64,000 bases of DNA, from positions 16,281 to 80,280 of the forward strand of contig DSEQ01000009.1 of the NCBI GenBank assembly GCA_011056555.1, given 5' to 3'. The position numbers and the translations under genes are program-made. Within the stretch, counting starts at the first letter, position 1, and the number at the start of each line of letters is the position of its first letter. Positions 40,987-50,240 of this stretch are shown here, in pieces. The stretch is from Candidatus Zixiibacteriota bacterium (GTDB taxonomy: Bacteria; Zixibacteria; MSB-5A5; JAABVY01). The notes beneath the pieces are model-generated. The model saw nothing but the letters and a program-made list of their open reading frames with translations. It searched no databases and was not told the DNA's origin.

Positions 40987-43758
40987 CTATGTTTCAAACC
41001 GCTTAACCACTCTTTCCGCAGTCTCCTTTACCAATGGGTCGGGATCATTTTGAGCGTCGTGGATTAGCTTCCTCATATTCTCGGAAGCATTAGCGGTAAC
41101 ATTATAGATCGCACAACACCTGAGCCAATTATCGTGACCCTTGATAAGGCGCTCCAGGGCTTCCTCCCGGGTACGGGTCTTGACACGGAAAAACTCCTCG
41201 CCTTTGCGAAGCACTGTTTCGACCGGAACATCATCGAGTATCGGGAGAATATATTTCTTTACGTCGCGACTCAGGAGATTATCGAGAAACTCGATAGCAT
41301 TGGCCTGAAGCACCTTTTTGCCGCTCACGAACCCCTGATAGGCATAAAATATGTCTGTGGGAGGATAGACCAGACCCAGGAGCCGGAATATCCGTTCGAG
41401 GTTGTACTGCTGTTTTTCTTCCAGCGCCTTTTTCAGGAGTTTGGAACCCGGTGATTCATCGAATTGCCTGTGGGAATATAGGATCTGGTAAATTTCATAA
41501 TAATCCTTGATTTCATTCAGAAGGACCTGTTCCACCTTCCCATGGTCAAAGCTGAGCTCCGAATAGACGCTTCGCAGGCTGTTCAGGGCTTTGACCACAT
41601 GATATTTCAGGGAGGGTTCCACCTTATCCAGGTTGTCGGTCAAAACATCAACTGTCTCCTGCTCAGGAATCAGCTTCATCACCCTTGGTATATTTTTGCG
41701 AATATTGTAATCGACTGCGCGGTCGTGCAGGTAATCGCTGAGGGTCCCCAGCACGCCTGTTCCGAAATCGGCCAGCGCTTTGCGAACATTTGCGCGCAAA
41801 TCCCTGTCGGTCAATCTCTCGATCAGCCAGGGTATATATTTGCGCCGTTTCAAACGGCCGATGCATTCTATCGCATTTTTCACCACCTCGATCGACTTAT
41901 CATTAAGCAGAATCTCTATGTAGCCGCTGAATTCCGGTTTGTTCACCACGCCCAGAATCCGGGCGACCTGAATACGGCTCAATTCCGCCTCCTCAGATAT
42001 ATCGCGCATGGCCGCCTTTATGAGTTCCTCATCGACCAGCTCCCTTTCCTCCGGACGGCCATAATCGGTAAGATATGCCAGAGCTGCATTGACTATGCGA
42101 GGGTCATCGCTGCGCAGGTATTCCCGCAGTTTTTCCAGAGTATCTCCCTCGGTTCGGGAGCATATGAAGTGCACGGCCTCCGAACGGACCTCAATGTCCT
42201 CATCAGTCAGCATCTTCTCTACTATCTCCATATGCGAGCGGTCGCCATGCTCGAGAAGCACCTTCAGCGCATCGAGCCTGATGTCGGCCGACTCATGCCT
42301 CAAATGAGGAACTACTTTTTCCACCCTCTCAACATTCTTCACCGAACGCAGCATCTCCAGCGCATATCCAATCTGCCGATCATTGGGGCTGTCCAGCGAA
42401 TTTATCAGCGCATTGATGGTGGAGCGGTCATCGATCTGAACGGTGAGCCTGGAATAGTCGATCTCGCGCTTTTCAATGGCTCTGCGGAATGAATTCAGAT
42501 ATTCCTTCCGCATGAAGACAGTCAGGGTTAACCAGATAAGCAGTAATCCAATCACGATCAGACTGATTTCCTTTACCGTCAGATGAAAGACGAGGGTGCA
42601 GAGAAGCAGAAGGGCGCCGGCAAATCCGCGGAACCACCTGTCCACGAACATATCGATAAATATTTTTGTGCGCTTTTTTACCTCCAGCGGTATGGGCAAA
42701 AACAGCAATTCCCTGCCGGTCTTGTCCATAGAATATTTTATACTGCCATCCACTCCCCTCAGCATTATACCGGCAATCAAGCCGGGGAAGAGAAACATCG
42801 CCGCTGAGCCAAGCAATAATCCCGTCGGCAGAAACATAATGATACCGCCCACCCCCAAAAAGCGAATTAGCCTGTATGTAAAAAACAATTGCAGTATTAG
42901 TGAAGCCATGCTGAGCCAGCTGTAGAACTGTCCGAAGAATGATGTCAGATCAGCTTTTTCCGGATAAGCAGCTTTGGATACGGTTTTGAACTGCCAATCC
43001 ACAAATGAAGCCACCATCATGGTTATAGCTATAATACCCACAAGCAATAACAGGTGGCGTGACCTGAAAATCGTCTTTGTAATCTGCCCCAGCTTTTCCC
43101 CGGGGGGCTCGCGATGGCGAGCGGAACGCTGAAGTTCCTTCTCCGAAACAGTCTTCTTCTTCCAGATTACGGCTACCAGTAAAGCTACAATTACGAGCGG
43201 TACCATACAGATAAATAAGAGGTTTTCCGTGCCTACATCCAGGGCCTTGACGAGGAAACTGGTGACCTGTCCACCGGTGAAGGCGCCGATAATCCCCCCC
43301 AGTCCGAGTAATGTGAAGACTCGTTTGGCCTGTGCAGAATTATACACGGCATTGGCCAGAAGCCAGAATTGGGAGGTCGTAAGCACGCCATAGATGCTCA
43401 CCCATGTATAAAATAGATAATAAACCCAGGCGCTGGAGATCTGGACCAGCCAGCGCAGAATAAAAAGATTCACTATAATAATGGCAAGAGTGAAAATAAT
43501 CAGTCGATTCAGCTTCAACGAACGGCTGGCCCTGGAATAAAGTGTAACAACAGGAGCGGTCACCAGGGCGGTGATAATGAAAACAAGCGGGAGCATCTCC
43601 GAACTGACCCTCACCAGAAACAGCGAATCCCTGGCGGGTTTAAGCAGGTAATAGCTCAAAAGGATCAGGTAATAACTGGACAGCATCAGCAGGGTCAGTG
43701 CGATTTCACCCTTCCTGATGTCAAATATCGATTTGAGAAAACTCTTCATCGAATTCAT
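40987..43758 (-). CDS. fusion protein: N-terminal TLC/Npt-like (ATP:ADP antiporter family) 12-TM permease plus C-terminal HEAT-repeat (PBS-lyase-like) domain
   Basis: 923 aa. The N-terminus (ALTLLMLSSYYLILLSYYLLKPARDSLFLV) aligns by eye with the N-terminus of chlamydial/rickettsial nucleotide translocases. The C-terminal ~480 aa carry repeated D..VR..A..AL helical units (DADIRLDALKVL, DEDIEVRSEAVHFI, DKSIEVVKNAIECIG). Confidence 0.7.
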   Translation of the reverse strand: MNSMKSFLKSIFDIRKGEIALTLLMLSSYYLILLSYYLLKPARDSLFLVRVSSEMLPLVFIITALVTAPVVTLYSRASRSLKLNRLIIFTLAIIIVNLFILRWLVQISSAWVYYLFYTWVSIYGVLTTSQFWLLANAVYNSAQAKRVFTLLGLGGIIGAFTGGQVTSFLVKALDVGTENLLFICMVPLVIVALLVAVIWKKKTVSEKELQRSARHREPPGEKLGQITKTIFRSRHLLLLVGIIAITMMVASFVDWQFKTVSKAAYPEKADLTSFFGQFYSWLSMASLILQLFFTYRLIRFLGVGGIIMFLPTGLLLGSAAMFLFPGLIAGIMLRGVDGSIKYSMDKTGRELLFLPIPLEVKKRTKIFIDMFVDRWFRGFAGALLLLCTLVFHLTVKEISLIVIGLLLIWLTLTVFMRKEYLNSFRRAIEKREIDYSRLTVQIDDRSTINALINSLDSPNDRQIGYALEMLRSVKNVERVEKVVPHLRHESADIRLDALKVLLEHGDRSHMEIVEKMLTDEDIEVRSEAVHFICSRTEGDTLEKLREYLRSDDPRIVNAALAYLTDYGRPEERELVDEELIKAAMRDISEEAELSRIQVARILGVVNKPEFSGYIEILLNDKSIEVVKNAIECIGRLKRRKYIPWLIERLTDRDLRANVRKALADFGTGVLGTLSDYLHDRAVDYNIRKNIPRVMKLIPEQETVDVLTDNLDKVEPSLKYHVVKALNSLRSVYSELSFDHGKVEQVLLNEIKDYYEIYQILYSHRQFDESPGSKLLKKALEEKQQYNLERIFRLLGLVYPPTDIFYAYQGFVSGKKVLQANAIEFLDNLLSRDVKKYILPILDDVPVETVLRKGEEFFRVKTRTREEALERLIKGHDNWLRCCAIYNVTANASENMRKLIHDAQNDPDPLVKETAERVVKRFET

Positions 43759-43817
43759 GCCCTCGGCTCTGTACGTAAGATATTAACTAAGCTATATCAG
43801 ATCTATAATCAAGCAAT

Positions 43818-44015
43818 TTATCCGGGTCTGCCGACAATGTCACGGCATATTTTGCCCTTCACCCCTTTTGGAATCAGCATAAGTACTGCCCTCGTGTGGT
43901 TTTCCACTTCAACGCCTAAAGTGGTAAAACACGGATCAAGAGTTTTGTCGATGATGTCTGTCGGTCTCCCGCCGCCGGGACCCGATATTTCCACAAATAT
44001 ACAGTCTTTGTTCAA
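43818..44015 (-). CDS. possible small protein (65 aa, TTG start) immediately upstream of the transporter-HEAT operon
   Basis: ORF with a glycine-rich motif EISGPGGGRPTD. It has a non-ATG start and no recognisable family. Confidence 0.25.
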   Translation of the reverse strand: MNKDCIFVEISGPGGGRPTDIIDKTLDPCFTTLGVEVENHTRAVLMLIPKGVKGKICRDIVGRPG

Positions 44016-44596
44016 AAATGTCCTAATTTAAATTTTACCAATTCCACTGTGTAATGCAGACAGGGATGCTTTTTGATTTCTTCATTTGATATTAAATCCC
44101 GCAATTTTCTATGGCCCGATTTGGAATAATATAAAGCATTACTCAGTAACATCTCAATCTCTTTTTTCAAGGGCAGGCAATATTTTAGACTGGATGCGCC
44201 CTCAGAAATCGCGCTGATGGATTCCTTTTAATGAATTCGAAATGAAGTTGAGACCCCAGACAGAAGATACATAACTGCAAGTCTCCCAACAGAATTATCT
44301 ACAGTACCGGAAACGTATTTTTCGGAAAATAATATGGAGACCCTCTGAATCGGGGCGGGATATATGTTCGGATGATATTCGGATTCTATTCCTGCTTCGC
44401 TCGTAAAGATGTTTCAGGTGGGATCAGGGTTTGCTTTTAATGAAATTCTAATGATGGCCTAACATCATTTGGACAAAACAGACGTTATTACTTCAAGTTT
44501 TGACAGATAACATGGTCAAGGGAATAATGGTTTTGATAATTTTTAAAGCTGATATCTGGTAGGCATTCATATCAGATTTATTTTTATGGAGGTTGT

Positions 44597-47527
44597 ATGA
44601 AACAACAGGTAATGAGGTATTGTGCAACATGCGCCGGTACACGACTGCCTTTACTGCTGATAATAGTGTTCGCGGTTCTCTGCCTGACTCAAACAGACCC
44701 GTTATATGCTGCACAGAAGGCCGGCAAGATAAGCGGCAAGATTCTAGATGCTGAAACCGGCGAGCCCCTGCCGGGAGCGGTGGTTCAGATCAAACTTGAA
44801 AGCAGTACAATTGGCGCACAGACGGATTTTGACGGAAATTATCTCATTCGAGAGGTTCCCGTCGGTATTCACGCCCTGGAGATTTTCCTGGCCGGATACC
44901 GAAACACCGTTGTACGAGAGGTCCGGGTAAATTCTGAGGAGGTGACCAATGTGCCCCTGGCACTTCATGCCGAGGCATATGAAGACGAGGAACAGGTTGT
45001 GGAGGCCCGGGTCCTGCCGAATAACGAGGCTGTCCTGCTAATGGAACGCCAGAAGGCGCCCGAGATCGGGAATGCTATCTCGGCTGAGGCAATGTCCAAT
45101 TCCGGCGCCTCGGATGCCGGTGAAGCAATTGCCAAGATCGCCGGAGGTACGATGCAGGGCGGAAAATATGCCAACCTGCGCGGCCTGGAAGAAAGGTATA
45201 TTTCCACCCATCTGAATGGGACCGAACTGGCCAGCGCCGATCCGGATAAAAAGGCTTTTCACATGGACCTGATTCCGACCAATCTCCTGGATAATGTTCA
45301 GGTCATCAAGTCATTCACTCCGGACAGACCCGGTAATTTCTCCGGCGGAATTATAGATATCGGTACCAAGACTTATCCCGAGCAGCTTTCACTTAAGTTC
45401 TCGGTTTCCAGCACCTATAGCTCGGGGGCTTCGTACAATGACAATTTCCTGACCTACCGGGGCGGCAACGATGACTGGCTCGGTTTTGATGACGGTACCA
45501 GGGATGTACCCGATCCTGTCTCCGGCACCGAGCTTCCGCTTTATTCGTATACTATTAATAGTCCCGAAACTGCCCATTCTCTGAGTGAATTGACGAGGTC
45601 ATTCAACAGTGTCATGTCCCCGATTTCCAAAGCTCCGCCGTTAAACAGCGACTACTCCTTCTCGCTCGGCAATCAGACCACCCTTTTCGGGAAGCGGTTA
45701 GGCTACCAGGGCAGTTTCAATTACGGGAGAAAGTACAATTATTATGATGGCGGGCGCCTGGCCTATTATTTCGTATCAGGAGACCCATCCGTTATAGAGG
45801 GCTTGACAAATGACTGGAGAATGTCGGATGCCAGGGGCTCGGAAGAGGTTCTCTGGGGAGGATTGTTTGCAACCTCATATCATATCCATCCCAACCATGA
45901 GTTCGGCGCCGATTACGTTCACACCCAGAGCGGTGAGAACATGGCGCGCTACATTTCAGGGCACTTCTACGACGGCAACCTCTCACCCGAGGCAACCTAT
46001 GAAACACGAGTTTTAAGGTATACCGAGCGTACTCTGAATTCCCTGCAATTCCACGGCAAACACTATCTTCCCGGCCTCTTCAGATCCAATCTCGACTGGA
46101 ATTACTCCTACTCCCGGAACGAGCAGGATGAGCCGGATATGCGCTTCTTCTCGAACCATTTCTATGTCGACGAGGAGAGCGGCGATACCAGCTATTATAT
46201 AGCCCCCAACCTTTACACGCTGCCCCAGAGATATTACCGGGAGCTTGATGAAAATAGCAGCAGCTTCGATATCAACTGGAGTATCCCATTTAAGCAGTGG
46301 AACGGTCAGTCCAGCAAATTCAAATTCGGCGGGCTGTTCTCACAGAAAAACCGGGATTTCCTTGAAAGAGTCTACAATTTCAAAAACCCTGCAAATAAAT
46401 ATGAGTACAACGGCGACCCATCGGAATTCTTCAGCCCTGAAAACCTGGGAATCATCGACAGTACCTTCAATCCCTACAGCCAGACCTGGAGATACGACTG
46501 GACACTTTATGTCTACGACAACTCCGACCCGCGTGCCAATTATACCGGTGATGAAAGTATCAGCGCTTTCTATGGCTTGCTCGACATACCCCTTTCAACC
46601 AGATTGCGTGTGATAGCCGGCGCCAGGTTCGAAACTACTGGAATTGAGGTGGCTCCAGTCGATACCAGTTATGAAAGCGGCTCAATCGATACCGATGATC
46701 TCCTGCCATCCGTTAACCTGACCTATGCGCTCAATAAAAAGATGAACCTTCGTGCCGCCTACGGGCGCACACTGGCGCGCCCCACCTTCCGTGAAATGGC
46801 GCCCTACCCGTCATGGGATTTCGCCAATGAATTCTATTTCATTGGCAATCCCGAACTGATGAGAACGCTGATAGACAATTTTGATGTCCGCTGGGAGTAT
46901 TTCATAAGGCCCGGCGAGCTTCTTGCTCTCAGCTTATTCTATAAGGACTTCCAGAATCCAATCGAACGGGCTATCAAACATGAGAACGGCGAAATCCAGT
47001 ACCAGAATGTCGATCAGGCGACCGTCTATGGAATAGAATTCGAGATAAGAAAGAACCTGGATGTCTTAACCGGATGGCTCCGAAATTTTACGATAACATC
47101 GAACCTGACCTTGATCAATTCGCAGGTCGATATACCGGAAACAGAGCTGGACATCATCAGATCCTATGATCCCGATGCAGATGATACCAGGCCTCTTCAG
47201 GGCCAGTCGCCCTACATCCTGAATATCGACCTTACTTATGACAACCATAGAACCGGTACTATGGCCAATCTCTCATTCAATGTCTTCGGCGAGAGGCTTT
47301 ACGAAGTCAGCCAGGGAGCTACTCCTGATGTTTATGAGCAATCCCGGCCGGACCTGAAACTCATCCTGAAGCAGGGACTCTTTGGCGGAATCGATTTAAG
47401 GTTGAAATTCAGCAATATCCTCAATCCATCATATAAGAACGTCCATCATTTCCGCGGCGATGATTACATCAGAATGGAACATAAAGAGGGCCGCAGATTC
47501 TCGATCGGATTGAGTTATAGCATATAG
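44597..47527 (+). CDS. TonB-dependent outer-membrane receptor with N-terminal carboxypeptidase-regulatory-like (CarbD) domain
   Basis: 976 aa with a signal peptide, then GKILDAETGEPLPGAVVQI (CarbD). A plug region and a long barrel follow, ending in an aromatic residue (..LSYSI). A GGAGG SD lies upstream. Confidence 0.9.
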   Translation: MKQQVMRYCATCAGTRLPLLLIIVFAVLCLTQTDPLYAAQKAGKISGKILDAETGEPLPGAVVQIKLESSTIGAQTDFDGNYLIREVPVGIHALEIFLAGYRNTVVREVRVNSEEVTNVPLALHAEAYEDEEQVVEARVLPNNEAVLLMERQKAPEIGNAISAEAMSNSGASDAGEAIAKIAGGTMQGGKYANLRGLEERYISTHLNGTELASADPDKKAFHMDLIPTNLLDNVQVIKSFTPDRPGNFSGGIIDIGTKTYPEQLSLKFSVSSTYSSGASYNDNFLTYRGGNDDWLGFDDGTRDVPDPVSGTELPLYSYTINSPETAHSLSELTRSFNSVMSPISKAPPLNSDYSFSLGNQTTLFGKRLGYQGSFNYGRKYNYYDGGRLAYYFVSGDPSVIEGLTNDWRMSDARGSEEVLWGGLFATSYHIHPNHEFGADYVHTQSGENMARYISGHFYDGNLSPEATYETRVLRYTERTLNSLQFHGKHYLPGLFRSNLDWNYSYSRNEQDEPDMRFFSNHFYVDEESGDTSYYIAPNLYTLPQRYYRELDENSSSFDINWSIPFKQWNGQSSKFKFGGLFSQKNRDFLERVYNFKNPANKYEYNGDPSEFFSPENLGIIDSTFNPYSQTWRYDWTLYVYDNSDPRANYTGDESISAFYGLLDIPLSTRLRVIAGARFETTGIEVAPVDTSYESGSIDTDDLLPSVNLTYALNKKMNLRAAYGRTLARPTFREMAPYPSWDFANEFYFIGNPELMRTLIDNFDVRWEYFIRPGELLALSLFYKDFQNPIERAIKHENGEIQYQNVDQATVYGIEFEIRKNLDVLTGWLRNFTITSNLTLINSQVDIPETELDIIRSYDPDADDTRPLQGQSPYILNIDLTYDNHRTGTMANLSFNVFGERLYEVSQGATPDVYEQSRPDLKLILKQGLFGGIDLRLKFSNILNPSYKNVHHFRGDDYIRMEHKEGRRFSIGLSYSI

Positions 47528-47574
47528 TGAATAATTACTGATACACTAATTTTATAAATATTATAGGAGGAAAC

Positions 47575-48990
47575 GTGAAAAAGTACCTGTCAGTAACATT
47601 GAAACCCATATTTGCACTTGTGGCAATCCTGACCCTGGCGGTCTTTACCGGATGCAGTGACGATGACAACAATAGTTCGGTCGGTCCTGATGACGGCGAT
47701 GAATCTTTCGCCTTTTTATTCGATGATATGATCCAGGCCGGTGACAGCATGAACCTTTCTGCCGATAGCAACTGGCTCGTGAGCGGCTTCGTGTTTGTCG
47801 AGGAAGGCGCCGCATTGTCGATAGAACCGGGCGCGGTCATACGATTTAGGCCGGGTACCGGAGTCAATGCCAGCGCTTTGATAATTGCCCGGGGCGGAAG
47901 GATCTGGGCCAACGGCACGCAGGATAATCCCATCATCTTTACAGCGGAAGTTGACGATGTCAATGATCCCAGCGACCTGGGCCTCTTCGACAACGGTCTC
48001 TGGGGCGGTTTGATCATCCTTGGAAGCGCAACCGTGAATACCCCTACAGGTCTCAGCCAGATCGAAGGCATCCCTTCGGACGAAATTCGCGGCGAATACG
48101 GCGGAAATGACGACAACGACAATTCCGGGTCGCTCCGCTATGTCTCTATCCGTCACGGCGGATCGGAAATCGGGGCTGCCAACGAGATCAACGGTTTGAC
48201 CCTGGGCGGAGTCGGCAGACAGACTGTAATTGAATATGTCGAAATCTACTCCAATTTTGATGATGGTGTGGAATTCTTCGGCGGTGTACCCAGCACCAGG
48301 AACATCGCGGTCGCCTTCTGCGGCGATGACGCTTTTGATTATGATGAAGGGTTCCGCGGCAATGGCCAGTTCTGGTTTGCGGTGCAACATGAAAAAGTCG
48401 GCAACAGGTGCGGCGAGCATGACGGCGCCACAGGCGATGAGCAGGGTACACCCTTTGCTCATCCTATCATCTCCAACGCCACCTACATCGGCTCCGGAAA
48501 CCGCTCCGCCAACAGCGACAACGATTACGCAATCATCATGCGTGATAACGCAGGCGGTGAATATCACAACAGCATCTTCTACGGTTTCCAGGGCTCCGGC
48601 TTGCATGTCGAGGACAAGACCGGCGAAGCGATCGAACACAGCCGTGCCCGGCTTGAGGCCGGCGATATCGTCTTCAATAACAATATCTGGTACAGCTTTG
48701 GCGCAGGCAACACAATGAACGATGTTTTCCAGCAGGAGTTCGTCAGAACCGTTATGGCTCAGCAGGGCTGGACCAACGAAATGGTCGATCCGTTAATCAA
48801 CTCAGTGGCCAGGCTTAATACCGGCGCATTGAATCCGGTGCCCAGTGCATCCGGACCTGCCGCCAATGCGGCTGATCAGCCCGCAGGCGCTTTCTTCCAG
48901 AATGTCAGCTACAAAGGCGCATTTCAGCCCGGTTCTGCAAACTGGCTTAAGGGATGGACGGCCCTGGATCATTACGGGTTCCTGCAATAA
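47575..48990 (+). CDS. cell-surface lipoprotein, Gly/Asn-rich with repeated GG..G/NN motifs (possible beta-helix), receptor-associated
   Basis: GTG start with a GGAGG SD and a lipobox LAVFTGC. Glycine- and asparagine-rich repeats run through the protein. Confidence 0.65.
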   Translation: MKKYLSVTLKPIFALVAILTLAVFTGCSDDDNNSSVGPDDGDESFAFLFDDMIQAGDSMNLSADSNWLVSGFVFVEEGAALSIEPGAVIRFRPGTGVNASALIIARGGRIWANGTQDNPIIFTAEVDDVNDPSDLGLFDNGLWGGLIILGSATVNTPTGLSQIEGIPSDEIRGEYGGNDDNDNSGSLRYVSIRHGGSEIGAANEINGLTLGGVGRQTVIEYVEIYSNFDDGVEFFGGVPSTRNIAVAFCGDDAFDYDEGFRGNGQFWFAVQHEKVGNRCGEHDGATGDEQGTPFAHPIISNATYIGSGNRSANSDNDYAIIMRDNAGGEYHNSIFYGFQGSGLHVEDKTGEAIEHSRARLEAGDIVFNNNIWYSFGAGNTMNDVFQQEFVRTVMAQQGWTNEMVDPLINSVARLNTGALNPVPSASGPAANAADQPAGAFFQNVSYKGAFQPGSANWLKGWTALDHYGFLQ

Positions 48991-49017
48991 CAGGAGTGAT
49001 GCCACTTAGATGTTTCT

Positions 49018-49048
49018 ATATGGGACCCTTATCAGGTCCCATATTTTT
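49018..49048 (+). terminator. rho-independent terminator after the receptor-lipoprotein pair
   Basis: 10-bp stem ATATGGGACC/GGTCCCATAT, loop CTTATCA, then TTTT. Confidence 0.75.
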
Positions 49049-49173
49049 AATTTTATTTAACATGGAATAAAGTTTGGCGGAACAATTCTATTGCTTTTGA
49101 TATTTTACATTTCTAATATTTGGTTGACGTAAGAGAAACCCATAAACTCCATAATCTTTTAAAGGAGGTACTG

Positions 49174-49704
49174 ATGCTCAAGAAGCTAACAATTATCGCT
49201 ATCGCACTGATTCTGGTTATTCCGGTAATCGGGAATGCCAAGGATCTCACAGGACGGTTCAGTCTGGGTTATTTTGATTCCGATGCCCCGGTTGGATTCC
49301 GTTACTGGGTGAATGATAAAATCGGCCTCGACCTCGGCCTGGGATTTGAATCGGTCGACCTGGGTGAAGAGAACGGGACCTCATTCTGGGTTGAAGCGGG
49401 AGTCCCCTATGTTGTCTACCCGACTGACAGGGCCAATTTCTTCATCCGTCCCGGTGTTGTCTTTGCAAGTCTCGACAACCGCGTTTACGGTTCGGGTCCC
49501 CTGGATGAGAAGTGGACAGTATTCACAATATTATTGACCCCGGGAGCTGAGGTCTTTTTCGGTGACCATTTTTCGCTGCAGGCGGCGCATGGCTTTGCAT
49601 TAAGAATCACCTCTCCTCCGGATGAGATTAGCGATGAATCTTCAACCGATTTCAGCTCGATTGCCGCAAGCGTCACGACTATCGGCTTCCATTTCTATTT
49701 TTAG
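49174..49704 (+). CDS. small outer-membrane beta-barrel protein (OmpW/OmpA-barrel-like)
   Basis: Signal peptide, an alternating hydrophobic pattern, and a terminal aromatic (..IGFHFYF). An AAAGGAGG SD lies upstream. Confidence 0.55.
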   Translation: MLKKLTIIAIALILVIPVIGNAKDLTGRFSLGYFDSDAPVGFRYWVNDKIGLDLGLGFESVDLGEENGTSFWVEAGVPYVVYPTDRANFFIRPGVVFASLDNRVYGSGPLDEKWTVFTILLTPGAEVFFGDHFSLQAAHGFALRITSPPDEISDESSTDFSSIAASVTTIGFHFYF

Positions 49705-49736
49705 AAATTAGCTGTCGATCATAATCTTTTGATTAA

Positions 49737-49768
49737 AGGGTATGGGCATTGTCCCATACCTTTTTTTT
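49737..49768 (+). terminator. rho-independent terminator
   Basis: Stem GGGTATGGG/CCCATACC followed by T8. Confidence 0.75.
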
Positions 49769-49859
49769 CGTTGCTGCTTGAAATCTCATCTTGCTGCATT
49801 ATCTTATCCATTTAGGAACAAAATGAACTGTGCATGGATTTAAAGGAGGCTGAAATCAT

Positions 49860-50216
49860 ATGAAGAATATAGAAATCAAAGATGACAAGTGGATTAATGC
49901 CGAAGGCTACAAGAAGCAGATACTGGCTTCCAGCGAGGATTTCGATTCCGAGGGTGTACTGGCACAGGTGGTGGTAATCGGTCCGGGATCTGTGGTCAGA
50001 CCGCACTATCATAAAAGCACCTATGAATATTATTATGTCATGCAGGGTGATGTCGCCTTCACCATAAACGGCGAGATTCGGAGATTAAAGGCTGGCGAGA
50101 TGATGATGACGGAGCCTAATGATATCCACAAAGTCGAAAACGATTCTGATGAGGATTTCATGGTTCTGGTCTTCAAGAGCAATTATGTAAAGAATGATAC
50201 TTACTGGGCGGAGTGA
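49860..50216 (+). CDS. cupin-domain protein
   Basis: 118 aa with VVRPHYHKSTYEYYYVMQGDV ... MMTEPNDIHKVEN, a two-motif cupin signature. Confidence 0.7.
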   Translation: MKNIEIKDDKWINAEGYKKQILASSEDFDSEGVLAQVVVIGPGSVVRPHYHKSTYEYYYVMQGDVAFTINGEIRRLKAGEMMMTEPNDIHKVENDSDEDFMVLVFKSNYVKNDTYWAE

Positions 50217-50240
50217 ATTAGTTTATCTTCTCTAATATGT

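Noticed and set aside
44016-44596. Cobalamin or other riboswitch in the 580-bp AT-rich leader of the TonB-dependent receptor
   Set aside because: No B12-box (GCCACTG-like) or other recognisable riboswitch core was seen. The region is probably a promoter and UTR.
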